Shown here: positions 27,631-40,987 of the stretch, piece by piece
How the letters are laid out: the number at the start of each line of letters is the position of its first letter
How positions within the stretch are numbered: position 1 is the stretch's first letter
Assembly: GCA_964016885.1 (NCBI GenBank)
Contig: OZ024759.1
Coordinates: 13,392,001-13,456,000 of the forward strand
DNA length: 64,000 nucleotides
Origin: Eledone cirrhosa
Lineage: Eukaryota
Reading direction: 5' to 3'
Notes under the pieces: model-generated
What the model was told of the DNA's origin: nothing
Seen by the model: the letters and a program-made list of their open reading frames with translations, nothing else
Database searches by the model: none
Program-made: the position numbers and the translations under genes

Positions 27631-28199
27631 ACCAAATATACACCCCTACCCTATCCTCCCACTCCACCAACACCACCCTCTCTCTGTAAAGTTGCTACCA
27701 CAATATCCAGTCCAAATAAATGAGATAATGAGATCGAGGTCGTGTAGGTGTCACGACAAAAAAAACACACAGTCCACGCTGTAATGTGGCTGTGTAGGTA
27801 ACACGGGAAAAAGCTCCCAGTTCCACACTGTAAACGTGGTTGGTGTTAGGAAGGGCATCCAGCTGTAGAAAACGTGCCAGAGACCTATATGAGCGAGAGA
27901 TGGTCACCCGACCAGCCTTGCCTCAAGTGGGACAACTCCTGTCTAACCCATGCTAGCGTAGAAGATGGACGTTAAACGAAGATGACAATGGTGATTGATA
28001 TTCACTCAGGAATGTATTTACGTATCCGTTATGTTAGAGCGAAAACAAACTTTGGTTTTGGAATATGAAATATTAGATTACAAAACATAACTAATTTACC
28101 TGAGCACCTGTATTTGTTGTGGGGTGAGATGGGTGGGGTTAAGTTAGAAATGTTTATAAATAATTTTTCTTTCTTTTTCTGTTTTTTTTTTTCTCAAAG

Positions 28200-28308
28200 A
28201 TATCAATTCTGAAGAAAATGCTCAAAAATGACAAAGTGAAGTCATCAATGCAACTTGAAGGAGATGCTATATCCCAGGCCTTCCTTATGAGTTTAGTCCG
28301 AACCATTG
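28200..28308 (+). CDS. DENND1A: DENND1-like exon 9
   Basis: polyT-ctcaaag|...g|gtgagt; ISILKKMLKNDKVKSSMQLEGDAISQAFLMSLVRTIG resembles ISSLKNRLK..GDGVARAFL; phase 0/1. Confidence 0.9.
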
Positions 28309-28459
28309 GTGAGTTGATTTTATATTCAAAGATATACTAGAGTCTTCTGATGATTTCACATGAATGAAACAGTTCTAGTTATGTAGGAATCTTCCAGGTA
28401 GATCCGCTACTTCTCCGAATTGAGAGATCACAGCTCTGATACTAAGGGCCTGTGGTTAG

Positions 28460-28685
28460 AATTACTCAGGAAGGAATCGCTGGACAGATTTTAAGGGCAA
28501 AAACCAACTGGGGTAGACCCCGAGCAAGATGGTTGGATAACATCCATGAGCTTGGCTGGGCATGCTAGGGGATCTAGCCGGATCAGTTGGAGACGGTTGC
28601 TTCTGACAGGACCCGCTGGAAGGAGTGTTTGAGGGCTGTCCCCACGACCCTCGCAGGAATAAGTGGGTGAAGAAAAGATGAAGAG
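28460..28685 (+). mobile_element. RTE-type LINE 3' fragment
   Basis: Homologous to the minus-strand copy at 63120-63355. Confidence 0.65.
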
Positions 28686-28920
28686 AAGAAATCATTTCTA
28701 TATGAAATATCAATTTACCAATATATTGAGTACCATTATTAAGGTAATCCACCCTGAATTAATGCCACACATGCTAGTGAAACTTTGGAAATGACTGCCA
28801 AAAGTCTAAAGAAACTCAATGTTTTCCAACAAAGATGTCTAAGAAAAATCGTGACAATCAATTATCGAGACTGGATTATTAATGTAGAAGTGCTGAAGAG
28901 AAGTAAACAGAGGCTACGGA

Positions 28921-29590
28921 CTGACACCATCACTGAAAGGTACCTGAAACTAACTGGACCTGAGGCTAACTGGCTGACCCCCCCCCCCCCCCATCACTGA
29001 AAGGTACCTGAAACTAGCTGGACCTGAGGCTACTGGCTGACCCCATCACTGAAAGGTACCTGAAGCTGGCTGGACCTGACTGACCCCATCACTGAAAGGT
29101 ACCTGAAACTAGCTGGACCTGAGGCTACTGGCTGACCCCATCACTGAAAGGTACCTGAAGCTGGCTGGACCTGACTGACCCCATCACTGAAAGGTACCTG
29201 AAACTAGCTGGACCTGAGGCTACTGGCTGACCCCATCACTGAAAGGTACCTGAAGCTGGCTGGACCTGACTGACCCCATCACTGAAAGGTACCTGAAACT
29301 AGCTGGACCTGAGGCTACTGGCTGACCCCATCACTGAAAGGTACCTGAAACTAGCTGGACCTGAGGCTACTGGCTGACCCCATCACTGAAAGGTACCTGA
29401 AGCTGGCTGGACCTGACTGACACCATCACTGAAACTAGCTGGACCTAAGGCTACTGGCTGACCCCATCACTGAAAGGTACCTGAAGCTGGCTGGACCTGA
29501 CTGACACCATCACTGAAAGGTACCTGAAACTAGCTGGACCTGAGGCTACTGGCTGACCCCATCACTGAAAGGTACCTGAAACTGGCTGGA
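28921..29590. repeat. 52/43-bp alternating tandem array inside an RTE fragment
   Basis: Units ccatcactgaaaggtacctgaa(actagc|gctggc)tggacctga..; flanked by LNVFQQRCLRKI and GHILHM. Confidence 0.88.
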
Positions 29591-29925
29591 CACATTCTGC
29601 ACATGTCTGAGTACCGGAACCCCTCTCTGGCAATGAGGGGGTATTTAATTTGTTGGAAGTCCGACAAATATAAATGTTTATAACTGATTTAGAGCACTCA
29701 ACAAGTTACTGGAGTAAATATTCAATGATATTAAATAAATGGAAACTATATTTATAAAACCATATTTATTTTATTATATATATTTCAAGGGCAACCAAGA
29801 CAATATTGGTACGCTTTCATTAGATAAAATACAAAGTTTGTTTTATAAATAGACATACCCATGAAAATCATACCTTATTGGTTAGAAATTCACTGAAATC
29901 CAGTGAATTTATAAAATAAACTTTG

Positions 29926-29988
29926 TATTTTATCTGATGAAAGCGTACCAATGTATCTTGGTACCCTTGAAATATATATAATAAAATA
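29926..29988 (+). ncRNA. Minimal hammerhead motif in a fold-back insert
   Basis: tattttat-CTGATGA-aagcgtaccaa..ttggtaccctt-GAAA-TATATA-TA-ataaaata. Confidence 0.62.
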
Positions 29989-30009
29989 AATATAGTTTCC
30001 ATTTAATAT

Positions 30010-30047
<38 letters not shown>

Positions 30048-30100
30048 CTTCCTATTCATATCTTCTTGTCTTCATTATTTATCACCTTTCATCTTATCAG

Positions 30101-30234
30101 GTGGCTATCGAGATGCGTTAAAATTTCAACCTAACGAGAAGATCACATTTCAAAAAGATGCGTTCTTATTGTCTCGACCCAGCAGCATGCGGCCATTCTT
30201 GGAAGATCTACTGGAATTGCAGATTTTTCATGAA
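30101..30234 (+). CDS. DENND1A: DENND1-like exon 10 (dDENN)
   Basis: tatcag|...gaa|gtaagt; GYRDALKFQPNEKITFQKDAFLLSRPSSMRPFLEDLLELQIFHE; phase 1/0. Confidence 0.94.
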
Positions 30235-31259
30235 GTAAGTTCTTATTAACTGTTTTATATTGGAGTTAATAAATCCTAGTTTCTGTCTAGCAAATACCAC
30301 TTAAAAAGAATTGGTAGTTCTGTGACTGTTATAGAATATTGGAGTTAATAAACCTTGGTTTTTGTCTACCATATTCCACTTACAAAATATTGGTTGGTCA
30401 GAGACTATTGTAGAATATTGGAATTAATAAACCTTGGTTTTTGTCTACCAAATTCCACTTGGATATTGGTTGGTCTGACACTATTATAAAACACAATTGG
30501 CTTAGGTGCCACACAGTTGGTCGAACATGAAATTAGAAGGTTGCGAAGCAAACATTTTACCCACATAGCTATAAATATCAATTTTGTCATGAACACTTTC
30601 ATTATCATAATTCTAATGAAAGACACTGTCTATGTCATTAACCCTTTCATTACCATATTTCTAATGAAAAACACTGTCTATGTCATTAACCCTTTCATTA
30701 CCATATTTCTAATGAAAGACACTGTCTATGTCATTAACCCTTTCATTACCATATTTCTAATGAAAGACACTGTCTATGATTTTCAAATAATTTTGAAAAC
30801 TAAACAAGAATTTAGAAGTGCACCTAACTTTCTTATTAAGCTGGAGTTTGGAACATAACTTATCATTTTTTTCTTACATATAATCATGATGGAAGATTTT
30901 TAGATAAATATAAACACTTAAAAACAAAGTTTTGTATCATAGAACTAGAGATGTTGGGAACATAACTTAACAAAGGTTCTTATATAAAATTATGTTGTAA
31001 GGTTTTTAGATAAATATAAATACTTTAAAACAAACATCTTTTTATCATAGAACCAGGGGTTGTTGGAACATAACTTAACAAAGGTTCTTACATAAAATTA
31101 TGATGGAAGGTTTTTAGATAAATATAAACACTTTAAAACAGTTTTGTATCATAGAACCAGGGGTGGTTTCGGGAGGTTTGGTCTCAAAAGGGTTAAAATT
31201 AATATCATAGTTAATTAATCAATGACGTATTTATGTATTTCTTCTTTCTTCCTTTTCAG

Positions 31260-31391
31260 TTTATTAACGAGAGATTAGATATGTTGAACTGTGGAATCGG
31301 TTTCGCTGATGTTTTTGAAAGAGAGGCAACACTCCATGCCGACAAATTAAATGCTCATTCACGATATAAAGAATGGTTAAGTAACATGAAG
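31260..31391 (+). CDS. DENND1A: DENND1-like exon 11
   Basis: tttcag|...aag|gtaatt; FINERLDMLNCGIGFADVFERE..YKEWLSNMK resembles FIDGRLDLLNSGEGFSDVFEEE; phase 0/0. Confidence 0.94.
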
Positions 31392-31539
31392 GTAATTTAT
31401 CCATCATTCAACGTTAAGAAAATAACTGATCATTACCTCAAACTAAAATCAGGAAAACCTTTTCCTGTTATAGTTTGCATGTTACAAACACATCATTGAA
31501 TAAAACATCCATAGCAAGTACATAAAACCAACAGTCTGA

Positions 31540-32070
31540 TAAATGTCCTAACACAGAAGAACCGAACTCCCACTGTCATCACCTCCATCTCCATGTATCT
31601 AACACACGTGGACATGCCTACAAGATAAGAAAACAGCACAGCTCCCATGACTTTCGCAGACATTTTTTCACGCTCAGAGTTGCTGAAGCATGAAACAAAC
31701 TGCCTGCGTCAATTGTTAGCTGCCGAGACACTGCATCCTTTAAGACACTCATGGTTCCCGAAATACGCCAAAACTACACCTGATGTACCCCTTCCATACA
31801 CATGCACACATGTGTGTATCATGACTCGTGCACTGTTCATTTTACTGATGTTTGTGCATTGCCCTATGTACTGTACATGCACTTTTTTGATGAGTTGTGG
31901 TGCACCTGGGCACTGTGCACAATATTTCATTATTGTTATTGTTATTATATCATGACTCATACACTGTTCATTTTCCTGACATTTGTACATTATTCTATGT
32001 ACTATACATGCACCTTTGATGAGTTGTAGTGCACCTGAGTACTGTACACAATAATTTCATTATTATTATT
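31540..32070 (+). mobile_element. CR1/L2-type LINE 3' end with duplicated tail
   Basis: Same family as 10780-11065; tail gatgagttgtagtgcacctgagcactgtacacaataatttcatt also at ~9925, ~14550 and ~40550. Confidence 0.72.
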
Positions 32071-32470
32071 ATCTCTCTCGCCCTCCCCATCTCTCAGTAT
32101 TATGAGCAAATGGGGTCCCATGTGCTGGCCGCCACACAGCCCCGGCGGACAGAATGGAGAAGGCATTTACCCAGAGGATAGTAAAGGAGATGTGCTGGAA
32201 GAGCCATTCCATCTCGAGAGGCTCACACCTGCGGCTGGCCAGCTCAGTGCCTATGGCGGTAAGTAGGGAGGGAGCCTTAAGGCTAAGGACACCAGAAGTC
32301 TCCACTGCTAGGGGCTCGACTGCAAACCTGTTGGGGAGCGACTGATACTTGGAGAGTTTACCCTCTTCAGCCCGAAGTGCAGCAGAACCTGGGTTAGTCG
32401 CAGACTGCACCAGGTTGCAGCTGGAGAAAGTGTCGCTGCATGTGGCATCCCAGACGAGGGATTTGCCACA
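32069..32470 (-). mobile_element. CRE-clade (restriction-like endonuclease) non-LTR fragment
   Basis: LVWDATCSDTF..AEEGKLSKY..PLAVETSG..WLFQHIS..NAFSI, an RLE domain. Confidence 0.72.
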
Positions 32471-33406
32471 CTAGTACCAGTAATACACTGGGATCGATTT
32501 AATCAACTTTTCCCTCCCCCAAAATTGTTGGCCTTGTGCCTAAATCAGAGACCATTATTAGATAAGGCAGTGGATTGGCAGTATCGGTAGAGGGTCGGAC
32601 GCCATGCTTTCCAGCAGAGTTACGTCCCTTTACAATCCGAGTTCAAATCCCGCCGAGGTTGACTTTGCTTTTCATCCTTACGGGGTCGATAAAATAAAGT
32701 ACCAGTAATGCACTGGGTAATTGCTGGCCTTGTGCCTAAAGTAGAAACAATTATTAGATAAGGCAATGGAATGGCAGTATTGGTAGAGTGTCAGATACTC
32801 TACTCTGTCGCATAGCTATGACCCTTTATGGTCTGAGTTCAAATCCAGCTGAGGTTAACTTTGCCTTTCATCTTTACAAGGTCGATAAAATAAAGTACCA
32901 GTAATGTACTGGGGTAATTTAGCCAAAAGTAGAAAAAATTATTAGATATGCCTAAATTTGGTGGATCGGCAGAATTGGTAGAGCTCCAGACAACATGCTT
33001 TGTAGCATAGTTATGGCCCTTTACATTCTGAGTTTAAATCCTGCCGAGGTTAGCTTTGTCTTTCATCCTTATGGAGTCGATAAAATAAAGTACCAGTAAT
33101 ACACTGGTGTTGATTTAATTGACTTTTCACCCCTCTCCCAAATTACTGGCCTTGTGCATATACTAGAAATCCTTTTTAGATATATCTAAATTCCTACTTC
33201 CTTGTCATACCATGTAAGTTGTTTGTTCTATTTAAACCATTATATACAGTGTGTATCAAAATGGTTATATTTTTGAAACAATTGATCATATAATCATGTG
33301 ACAACTTGTACATGTCTGAAATATAAAACTTTTCTTTTTTTTTTCATAACTTTTATATATTTTTATAAATTTATGCATATATACACATACACACCTATAC
33401 ATACAT

Positions 33407-33470
<64 letters not shown>

Positions 33471-33485
33471 CGGAAGAAATGTGGT

Positions 33486-33740
33486 AAGGAACCAGGTGGA
33501 CCATAACGCACCAAAGTACTCAATACTTAGGGTAGTAGAGTGGGTAATAGGAACGAGTAGGACCCCGACGGCTGAGCTCCAAGCCGTTTCGACGGCTAAT
33601 TCTGGACTGAATCATTCAGTCCAGAATTAGCCGTCGAAACGGCTTGGAGCTCAGCCGTCGGGGTCCTACTCGTTCCTATTACCCACTCTACTACCCTAAG
33701 TATTGAGTATTTTGGTGCGCTATGGGCCACCTGGTTCCTT
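33486..33740. repeat. Near-perfect 255-bp palindrome
   Basis: 127-bp arms around centre 33613 (ctgaat-c-attcag). Confidence 0.93.
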
Positions 33741-33933
33741 CATTATATATATATATATATATATATATTGATTTTATATATATATATATATTGATTTTAT
33801 ATATATATATATTTATTTATATATATATATATTGATTTTATATATATATATATATATATACATTTTTATCTAAAAACATTTTTCCCGATTCCACCCCGCC
33901 CGTCCCTTCAATCTTTCTAATTTCTCATTATTT

Positions 33934-33977
33934 CTTCTGACGAAGGACTAGCGTCCGAAACGTTAAGACCCTCTTCC
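33934..33977 (+). ncRNA. Minimal hammerhead motif
   Basis: tctt-CTGACGA-a-ggac tagc gtcc-GAAA-CG-TT-aaga. Confidence 0.62.
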
Positions 33978-35031
33978 TGCTATTTCAAGCGTTAAACTAA
34001 TATATTCTTTCCATATACTGTACCGTTAGTCCAGAATTAGCCGTCGAAACGGCTTGAGCTCAGCCGTCGGGGTCCTACTCGTTCCTATATATATATATAT
34101 AAAGAATTTGTAGGTAACACGGTAAAAAGTTCCCAGTTCCACACTGTAAATGTGGTTGGGCATCCAGCCGTAGAAATCAAGCCAGATAGTCCTATATGAG
34201 CGAGACATGGTCACCCGACCCACCTTGCCTCAAGTGGGACAACTCCCGTCTAGCCCATGCTAGCATGGAAGACGGACGTTAAGCGATCATGATGATGATG
34301 ATGATGATGATGAATTCAAAGTTTGAAAACCACGACAATGCGAGTTTGGGCGGAAAATAATTAAATCGTAAGAAACAGGGCTTGTTTTTTACCTTAATTT
34401 ATTCACATGTCCTGATATTTCGAGATTAATATCTCTTCTTCTGAGGAAAATACTGGAACTATTCTAGTGTCCGATGTAGCTTGCTATACTATGCTGGCCG
34501 GAAGTGGTTTTATTATTTATCTATTTATTAGGGCTGTGGATTGGCAGTATCAGTAGTGTGTCGGACGCCATGTTTTGAAGCATGGAGTTACGTCCCTTTA
34601 CGGTCTGAGTTCAAATCTTGCCGAAGTTAGCTTTGTTTTCATCCTTACGGGGTCGATAAAATAAAGTACCATTCACGTACTGGGGTCGATTTAATCAACT
34701 TTCCCCTCCCTCCAAAAACGCTGGCCTTGTGCCTATATAAGAAACCATTATTTATCTATTTATTTATCTATTTATTTATCTATTTATAAGGCGGTGGAAT
34801 GGCAGTATGGGTAGAGGGTCGGACGCCATGCTTTGAAGCATAGAGTTACCTCCCTGTATGATCTGAGTTCAAATCCCGCCGAGGTTAACTTTGCCTTTCA
34901 TCCTTACGGGGTCGATAAAATAAAGTACCAGTAATGTACTGGGATAATTGCTGGCCTTGTGCCAAAAGTAGAAACAATTATTTATCTATTTATTTATTTT
35001 TTTTATTAAAAAAGAAAAACACACTCTCACA

Positions 35032-35159
<128 letters not shown>

Positions 35160-35233
35160 GTAAATGAAATATAAATTGCTGTGTCAAATGTTTTATTATA
35201 TTAATCTGAAACAATTTATTATTTCTTCTTCAG

Positions 35234-35293
35234 AAACAAGGAAAGAAATTACAGAGAGGAGGGAAAGACATTTGGGACGATTTCAAAGTGAAG
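35234..35293 (+). CDS. DENND1A: DENND1-like exon 12 (probable GC donor)
   Basis: cttcag|KQGKKLQRGGKDIWDDFKVK|gcaaga; phase 0/0; fits between exon 11 and the AGPAM micro-exon. Confidence 0.78.
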
Positions 35294-35884
35294 GCAAGAA
35301 TTTCTTTTACAACTTCTTGATGTCAAGGCACATGGCTTAGTGGTTAGGGTGTTTGGCCCCATGATCTTAAGGTCAGGGAATCGATTCCTTGTTGAGCTTT
35401 GTGTCCTTGAACAAGGCATTCTATTTCATATTGTTCCACTCTACTTATTTGTTAGGCTGTTCCTTTGATAAGATAACAGGAAGACATATTGTTGGAACAT
35501 TCTATTCCTTCGATTAACCCTTTAGTGTTCTAAAACTTATGTTAAGGTATTGTTCTCAAAATAAATACTTTCAAAATCTCATAGATTCGATATTATGTGA
35601 GATAATTATGTGAGGTAAAGCCTTTACCATGAAAATATAATAGTATATATAGAGGAATGTGAATGCTAAAGGGTTAAGCAAATCAAATACACTCTATTTC
35701 AATTAATTAATGAAGAATTTTGAGAGATTTACTAAAATTATTATTTCATTACTAACTTTGTAACTTAACATATGGTTCTTATATAAAATTATGTTGGAAG
35801 ATTTTAATTTAAATATAAACCTTTCAAAATGGTTGGTTTTCTTTAGAGTTTAGTTTTCATCAGAGTTTAGTTTTGGCAGGGCTG

Positions 35885-36170
35885 GTATCAAAAGAGTTAA
35901 ATAGGAACCCTTTAAAATGGGTGGTTTAGTTTCAATGAATCAGAGCTGGTTTTTAACGGGGTTGGTATCAAAAGAGTGAGATAAGAGCCCTTTAAAATGG
36001 GTGGTTTAGTTTCATAAAACCAGAGCTGGTTTTTAACAGGGTTAGATAAGAGCCCTTTAAAATGGGTGGTTTAGTTTCATAAAACCAGAGCTGGTTTTTA
36101 ACAGGGTTAGATAAGAGCCCTTTAAAATGGATGGTTTAGTTTCATAAAAATAGGGTTGGTATCAAAAGGG
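35885..36170. repeat. 65-bp tandem repeat
   Basis: ataagagccctttaaaatgg.. at 35981, 36046 and 36111. Confidence 0.8.
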
Positions 36171-39059
36171 ATAATGATTGATACAGATTTGTTACTAACA
36201 CAAATTGAGAAAGTGTTTAGTAGTAAGTAAAGTAGTTAATTGCTATAACCATCGTTAGAACATCAAATAGAATTGTGGGATTAGTTCCTGAGCTCTCAGT
36301 TTAAACCCTGCTGAAGTCAACTTTGCGTTTCTTCATTTCGAGATCTATGAAGTACCAGTCATGTACGGGGGTCAATTCTTCCTCTATATCTCATTTTTTT
36401 CCTCTCTCCATTACTCTCTCTCTCTCTCTATATATATATGTAAATGGAGGCACATGGCTTAGTGGTTAGAGCATTGGGCTTGCAATCGAAAGGTTGTAAG
36501 TTCAATTCTCGGACCGAGTGATGTGTTGTTTCCTTCAGCAAAACACTTTATTTCACAATGCTCCAGTTTACTCAGCTGTAGAAATGAGATGATAGGGACT
36601 GGGGTCCCTATCATTCCACTGCAAAGTGTTCATGGAGGTGCCACGGCAAAAAAGCACCCAGCCCACACTCTAAAGTGGACGTGGAGGTGCCACGGCAAAA
36701 AAAGCACCCAGCCCACACTGTAAAGTGGTCGTGGAGATGCCACGGCAAAAAAGCACCCAGCACTCACTGTAAATGAGGTTGGTGTTAGGAAGGGCATCCA
36801 GCTGTAGAAATCAAGCCAGAATCGGTTCCCGTCCCACCCTTGCAAGCAGGGAAAAGCAGACGTAAAATGATGATGATATACCTCTCTTGAAGAAATCGGC
36901 TCTGTTTTAAAAATACCCAAGAAATGCTGTATGTCACCACAACACCCACATGACTCTACCAGCAATTATACATCCATACATACATACTTATATATGTGTG
37001 TATGTATGTATATATATATATATATATTGCAGGGAGTTACTGTTGTTTTTAAACAGCAGGAGCTCAGCTGTCGGGCAGTAACTTGTTGCACTACCGACAC
37101 TCTACTTGAAGTATCAAGTACTAAGCTGAACAGTGGTCTTACTAGTCTAAACTGGTAACTCCCAATCAATATATACACACACACATGGAGGCACATGGCT
37201 TAGTGGTTAGAGCATTGGCCTTGCAATTGAAAGGTTGTGAGTTCAATTCTCAGACCGGGTGATGTGTTGTTTCCTTGAGCAAGACACTTTATTTCACATT
37301 GCTCCAGTTTACTCAGCTGTAGAAATGAGATGATAGGGACTGGGGTCCCTATCATTCCACTGCAAAGTGGTCGTGGAGGTGCCACGGCAAAAAAGCACCC
37401 AGCACTCACTGTAAATGAGGTTGGTATTAGGAAGGGCATCCAGCTGTAGAAATCAAGCCAGAATCAGTTCCCGTCCCACCCTTGCAAGCAGGGAAAAAGC
37501 GGATGTAAAATGAAATGATGAAATGATGATGACACATGTGTGTGTATATATACACATATATATATGTGTGTATTCTAGGGTGGGTTAAATTCCCGAGATC
37601 CATGGATTAGTTCTCTCCAGCGATCTCTGTCCCTCATTATCGCTGCGTCTCCAACAGTCTAGTGTCTGTCGTTAAGGCATACCTTGGCAGTATGTTGGTC
37701 TTTATTTGGTGAATGTGTTCTTCCGTTTGAGTCAGGTTTTCGTTTTGAGCTATAAACTTCTTCCTTAGCCCACTCCTACAGGGAAATACTGCATAGTGGG
37801 TGTTAAGTCAGGGCTTCTTGCTGGCTGTTCATGTGGACCTCAATGACCCATCCAATGTCCTGGAAATTGGACATCAAGCCACTCATGGTGTGGGCAGTGT
37901 GTGCAAAACATGACGGGGGGGGGGGGGGGGCTGTCTTGCATGAATATGGGGTCGTTGATGTTCTCCTAAGGTCAGAGGTTCTCAAATTGGGCACTACTGC
38001 TCCGTGGCGGTGGGGTGAGAATGTCCAGAGGGGTGGGGTGAGAAGGTCCAGGGGGTGGGGTGCTGGGGCCTAAGGGGGTGCTAGAGATGATATAATAGTA
38101 TATTAAATATCAAATGATTCATATTATATATAAATATAGTAAAATAAAAAAAATTAACATTTATTTATACATTGTATATATTTATATTGTATATATTTAT
38201 ATTGTATATATTGTATATATTTATATTGTATATATTGTATATATTTATATTCTTTTACCTGTTTCAGCCATCCGGCTGAGGCCATGCTGGGGCACCGCCC
38301 TTATATTGTATATATTTATATTGTATATATTGTATATATTTATATTGTATATATTGTATATATTTATAGTGTATATATTTATATTGTATATATTGTATAT
38401 ATTTATATTGTATATATTGTATATATTTATATTGTATATATTTACATTGTATATATTTATACATTGTATATATTGTATATATTATTTTATTATGGTGGAT
38501 TGGCAGTATCGGTAGAGGGTCGGACGCCATGCTTTGGTGCATAGAGTTACGTCCCTTGCCATTCTGAGTTCAAATCCCGCCGAGGTTAACTTTGCCTTTC
38601 ATCCTTACGGGGTCGATAAAATAAAGTACCAGTAATACACTGGGATAATTGCTGGCCTTGTGCCAAAAGTAGAAACAATTATTTATTATATATAAATTAA
38701 GAGTTAAAATCCCGCCGAAGTTAACTTTGCCTTTCATCCTTACGGGGTTGATAAAATAAAGTACCAGTAATGGACTGGGGGCGATTTAATCGACTATCCC
38801 CTCCCCTTTAAATTACTGGCCTTGTGCCTCAAGTAGAAATCATTATATATAAATTAACGATTTTATTTATTATATATTATTTACAATTTGCTTGTAGGGA
38901 GGTCTTTCTGGAAATAAGGTTGGCGGTGCTGAGGGTATTACCTCCCTGTAAGGGGGGGGGGGTCCCCAGAAAATTTGAGAACTTCTGTCCTAAGTGGTTA
39001 CAGTTGGCCAAAAGGTTTTAAGTAATTTTCAATGGGGAGTATAGTATATTTCCATCCAA

Positions 39060-39106
<47 letters not shown>

Positions 39107-39242
39107 GCTATATAGTAAGGTGTATTATTGGTTGTGTCATACGGTCCAATAAACTTTTGTTAGCAATATTAAGTTCTCCACGCTTTTGTATATCTCCAAT
39201 TCCATTTATGGGAACAGCTAGATGATGTAAAACGGAGTATTT

Positions 39243-40070
39243 GTATCAAAATAAAGATCCGAAGGCATAGTATAAATTTCCATTCATTTTAATCACGACA
39301 CATGTTTCAATAAGAGATAGATCGATCATGTGGTCATGATTGATTATCACTGATCTCATCAGGTGAATAATGAATTGTCTTTAAATCTTTGATATGAGGG
39401 AGGAAAAACTAACGATGTTCACTCACTAGAGTTTTGTCAGGGTTATAAATCTATCAAGTCTCTATCTCTCAATAGCTGTACAAGATGCTGGACAGGTCTA
39501 ATCTCAACATCAAATCTGTAGAATTTCGGTCGGTCACAATTAGTGTGAATGAGTACACACACACCTACGTGAGGTCAGAGAAAAAATTTACATCGTTAAA
39601 ATTGAGATTTGACCAATATAACATTTGTTGTTTTGTAACCTAACTTTCGGTGCATACTGTGTTGGCGTATATATTATTTTTTTTCTCTGACCTCACGTCA
39701 GTGTGTGTGTACTCATTCGCACTAATTGTGACCTACCGAAATTCTACAGATTTGATGTTGAGATTAGACCTGTCCAGCATCTTGTACAGCTATTGAGAGA
39801 TAGAGACTTGATAGATTTATGACCCTGACTGAAGATGATAGCAGTTGGCCTGTTTTGGCTGCTGAATCTTCATATGAGGAACAAAACTCTAGTGAGTGAA
39901 CATCGTTAGTTTTTCCTCCCTCATATCAAAAATTTGAAGACAATTCATTATTCACCTGATGAGATCAGTGATAATCAATCATGACCACACGATCGATCTC
40001 TCTCTTATTGAAACATGTCGTGATTAAAATGATTGGAAATTTATACCATGCCTTCTGATATTTATTTTGA

Positions 40071-40073
<3 letters not shown>
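39243..40073. repeat. Long inverted repeat, arms about 350 bp
   Basis: 39243-39596 is the reverse complement of 39677-40073, apart from a ~50-bp insert in the right arm. Confidence 0.9.
39948..40027 (+). ncRNA. Hammerhead motif in a long inverted repeat (mirror copy 39289-39370, minus strand)
   Basis: ttattcac-CTGATGA-g..t-GAAA-CATG-TC-gtgattaa; stem II irregular. Confidence 0.55.
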
Positions 40074-40103
<30 letters not shown>

Positions 40104-40642
40104 ATAAAACAAGATGGCATAGGACAGAACAAAGGAGAGGCACAAAACAAAGAAAAGAATCCCCAGTCACTGAAGAGGTCATAGAATGTGTGACGAAAGA
40201 ACTTTGACAATATATGAACAACTGTCCGGTTGTGGAACCAACCAACCGAAAATTTTTAAATTTAATTTATAATAAAATTGGAGTGAAAGCAACTGGTGCA
40301 TGCATTTCTTATTGGCAACATGACCCTCCCAAAGTATAACAATATATATATATATATATATATGGAGCTTATTTCCATCCACCCTATCTATATACACATG
40401 TATAGGGAGCTTATTTCCTTCCACCCTGTATATATACATACATGTATAGGGAGCTTATTTCCACCCACCCTGTGAATATACATGTATAGGGAGCTTATTT
40501 CCTTCCACCCTGGATATATACATACATGTACATTATTCTATGTACTATACATGCACCTTTGATGAATTGTAGTGCACCTCAGCACTGTACACAATAATTT
40601 CATTATTATTATTATGTATAGGGAGTATATTTCCACCCACTC

Positions 40643-40682
<40 letters not shown>

Positions 40683-40735
40683 TATAGGGTGGATGGAAAT
40701 AAGCTCTCTATACATGTATGTATGTATATATATAC

Positions 40736-40807
<72 letters not shown>

Positions 40808-40873
40808 GTATAGGGAGTAATTTGCACCCACCCTGGATATATATACACATGTATAGAGAGCTTATTTCCATCC

Positions 40874-40920
<47 letters not shown>

Positions 40921-40987
40921 AAGGTTTAGTAAATAATGAAAAAGTTTCAAAATAAATTTTAAAAAATTGACTTTACCTACTATAGTT

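Noticed and set aside
28348-28380. CTGATGA..GAAA hammerhead-like string
   Set aside because: Stems I and II do not pair convincingly.
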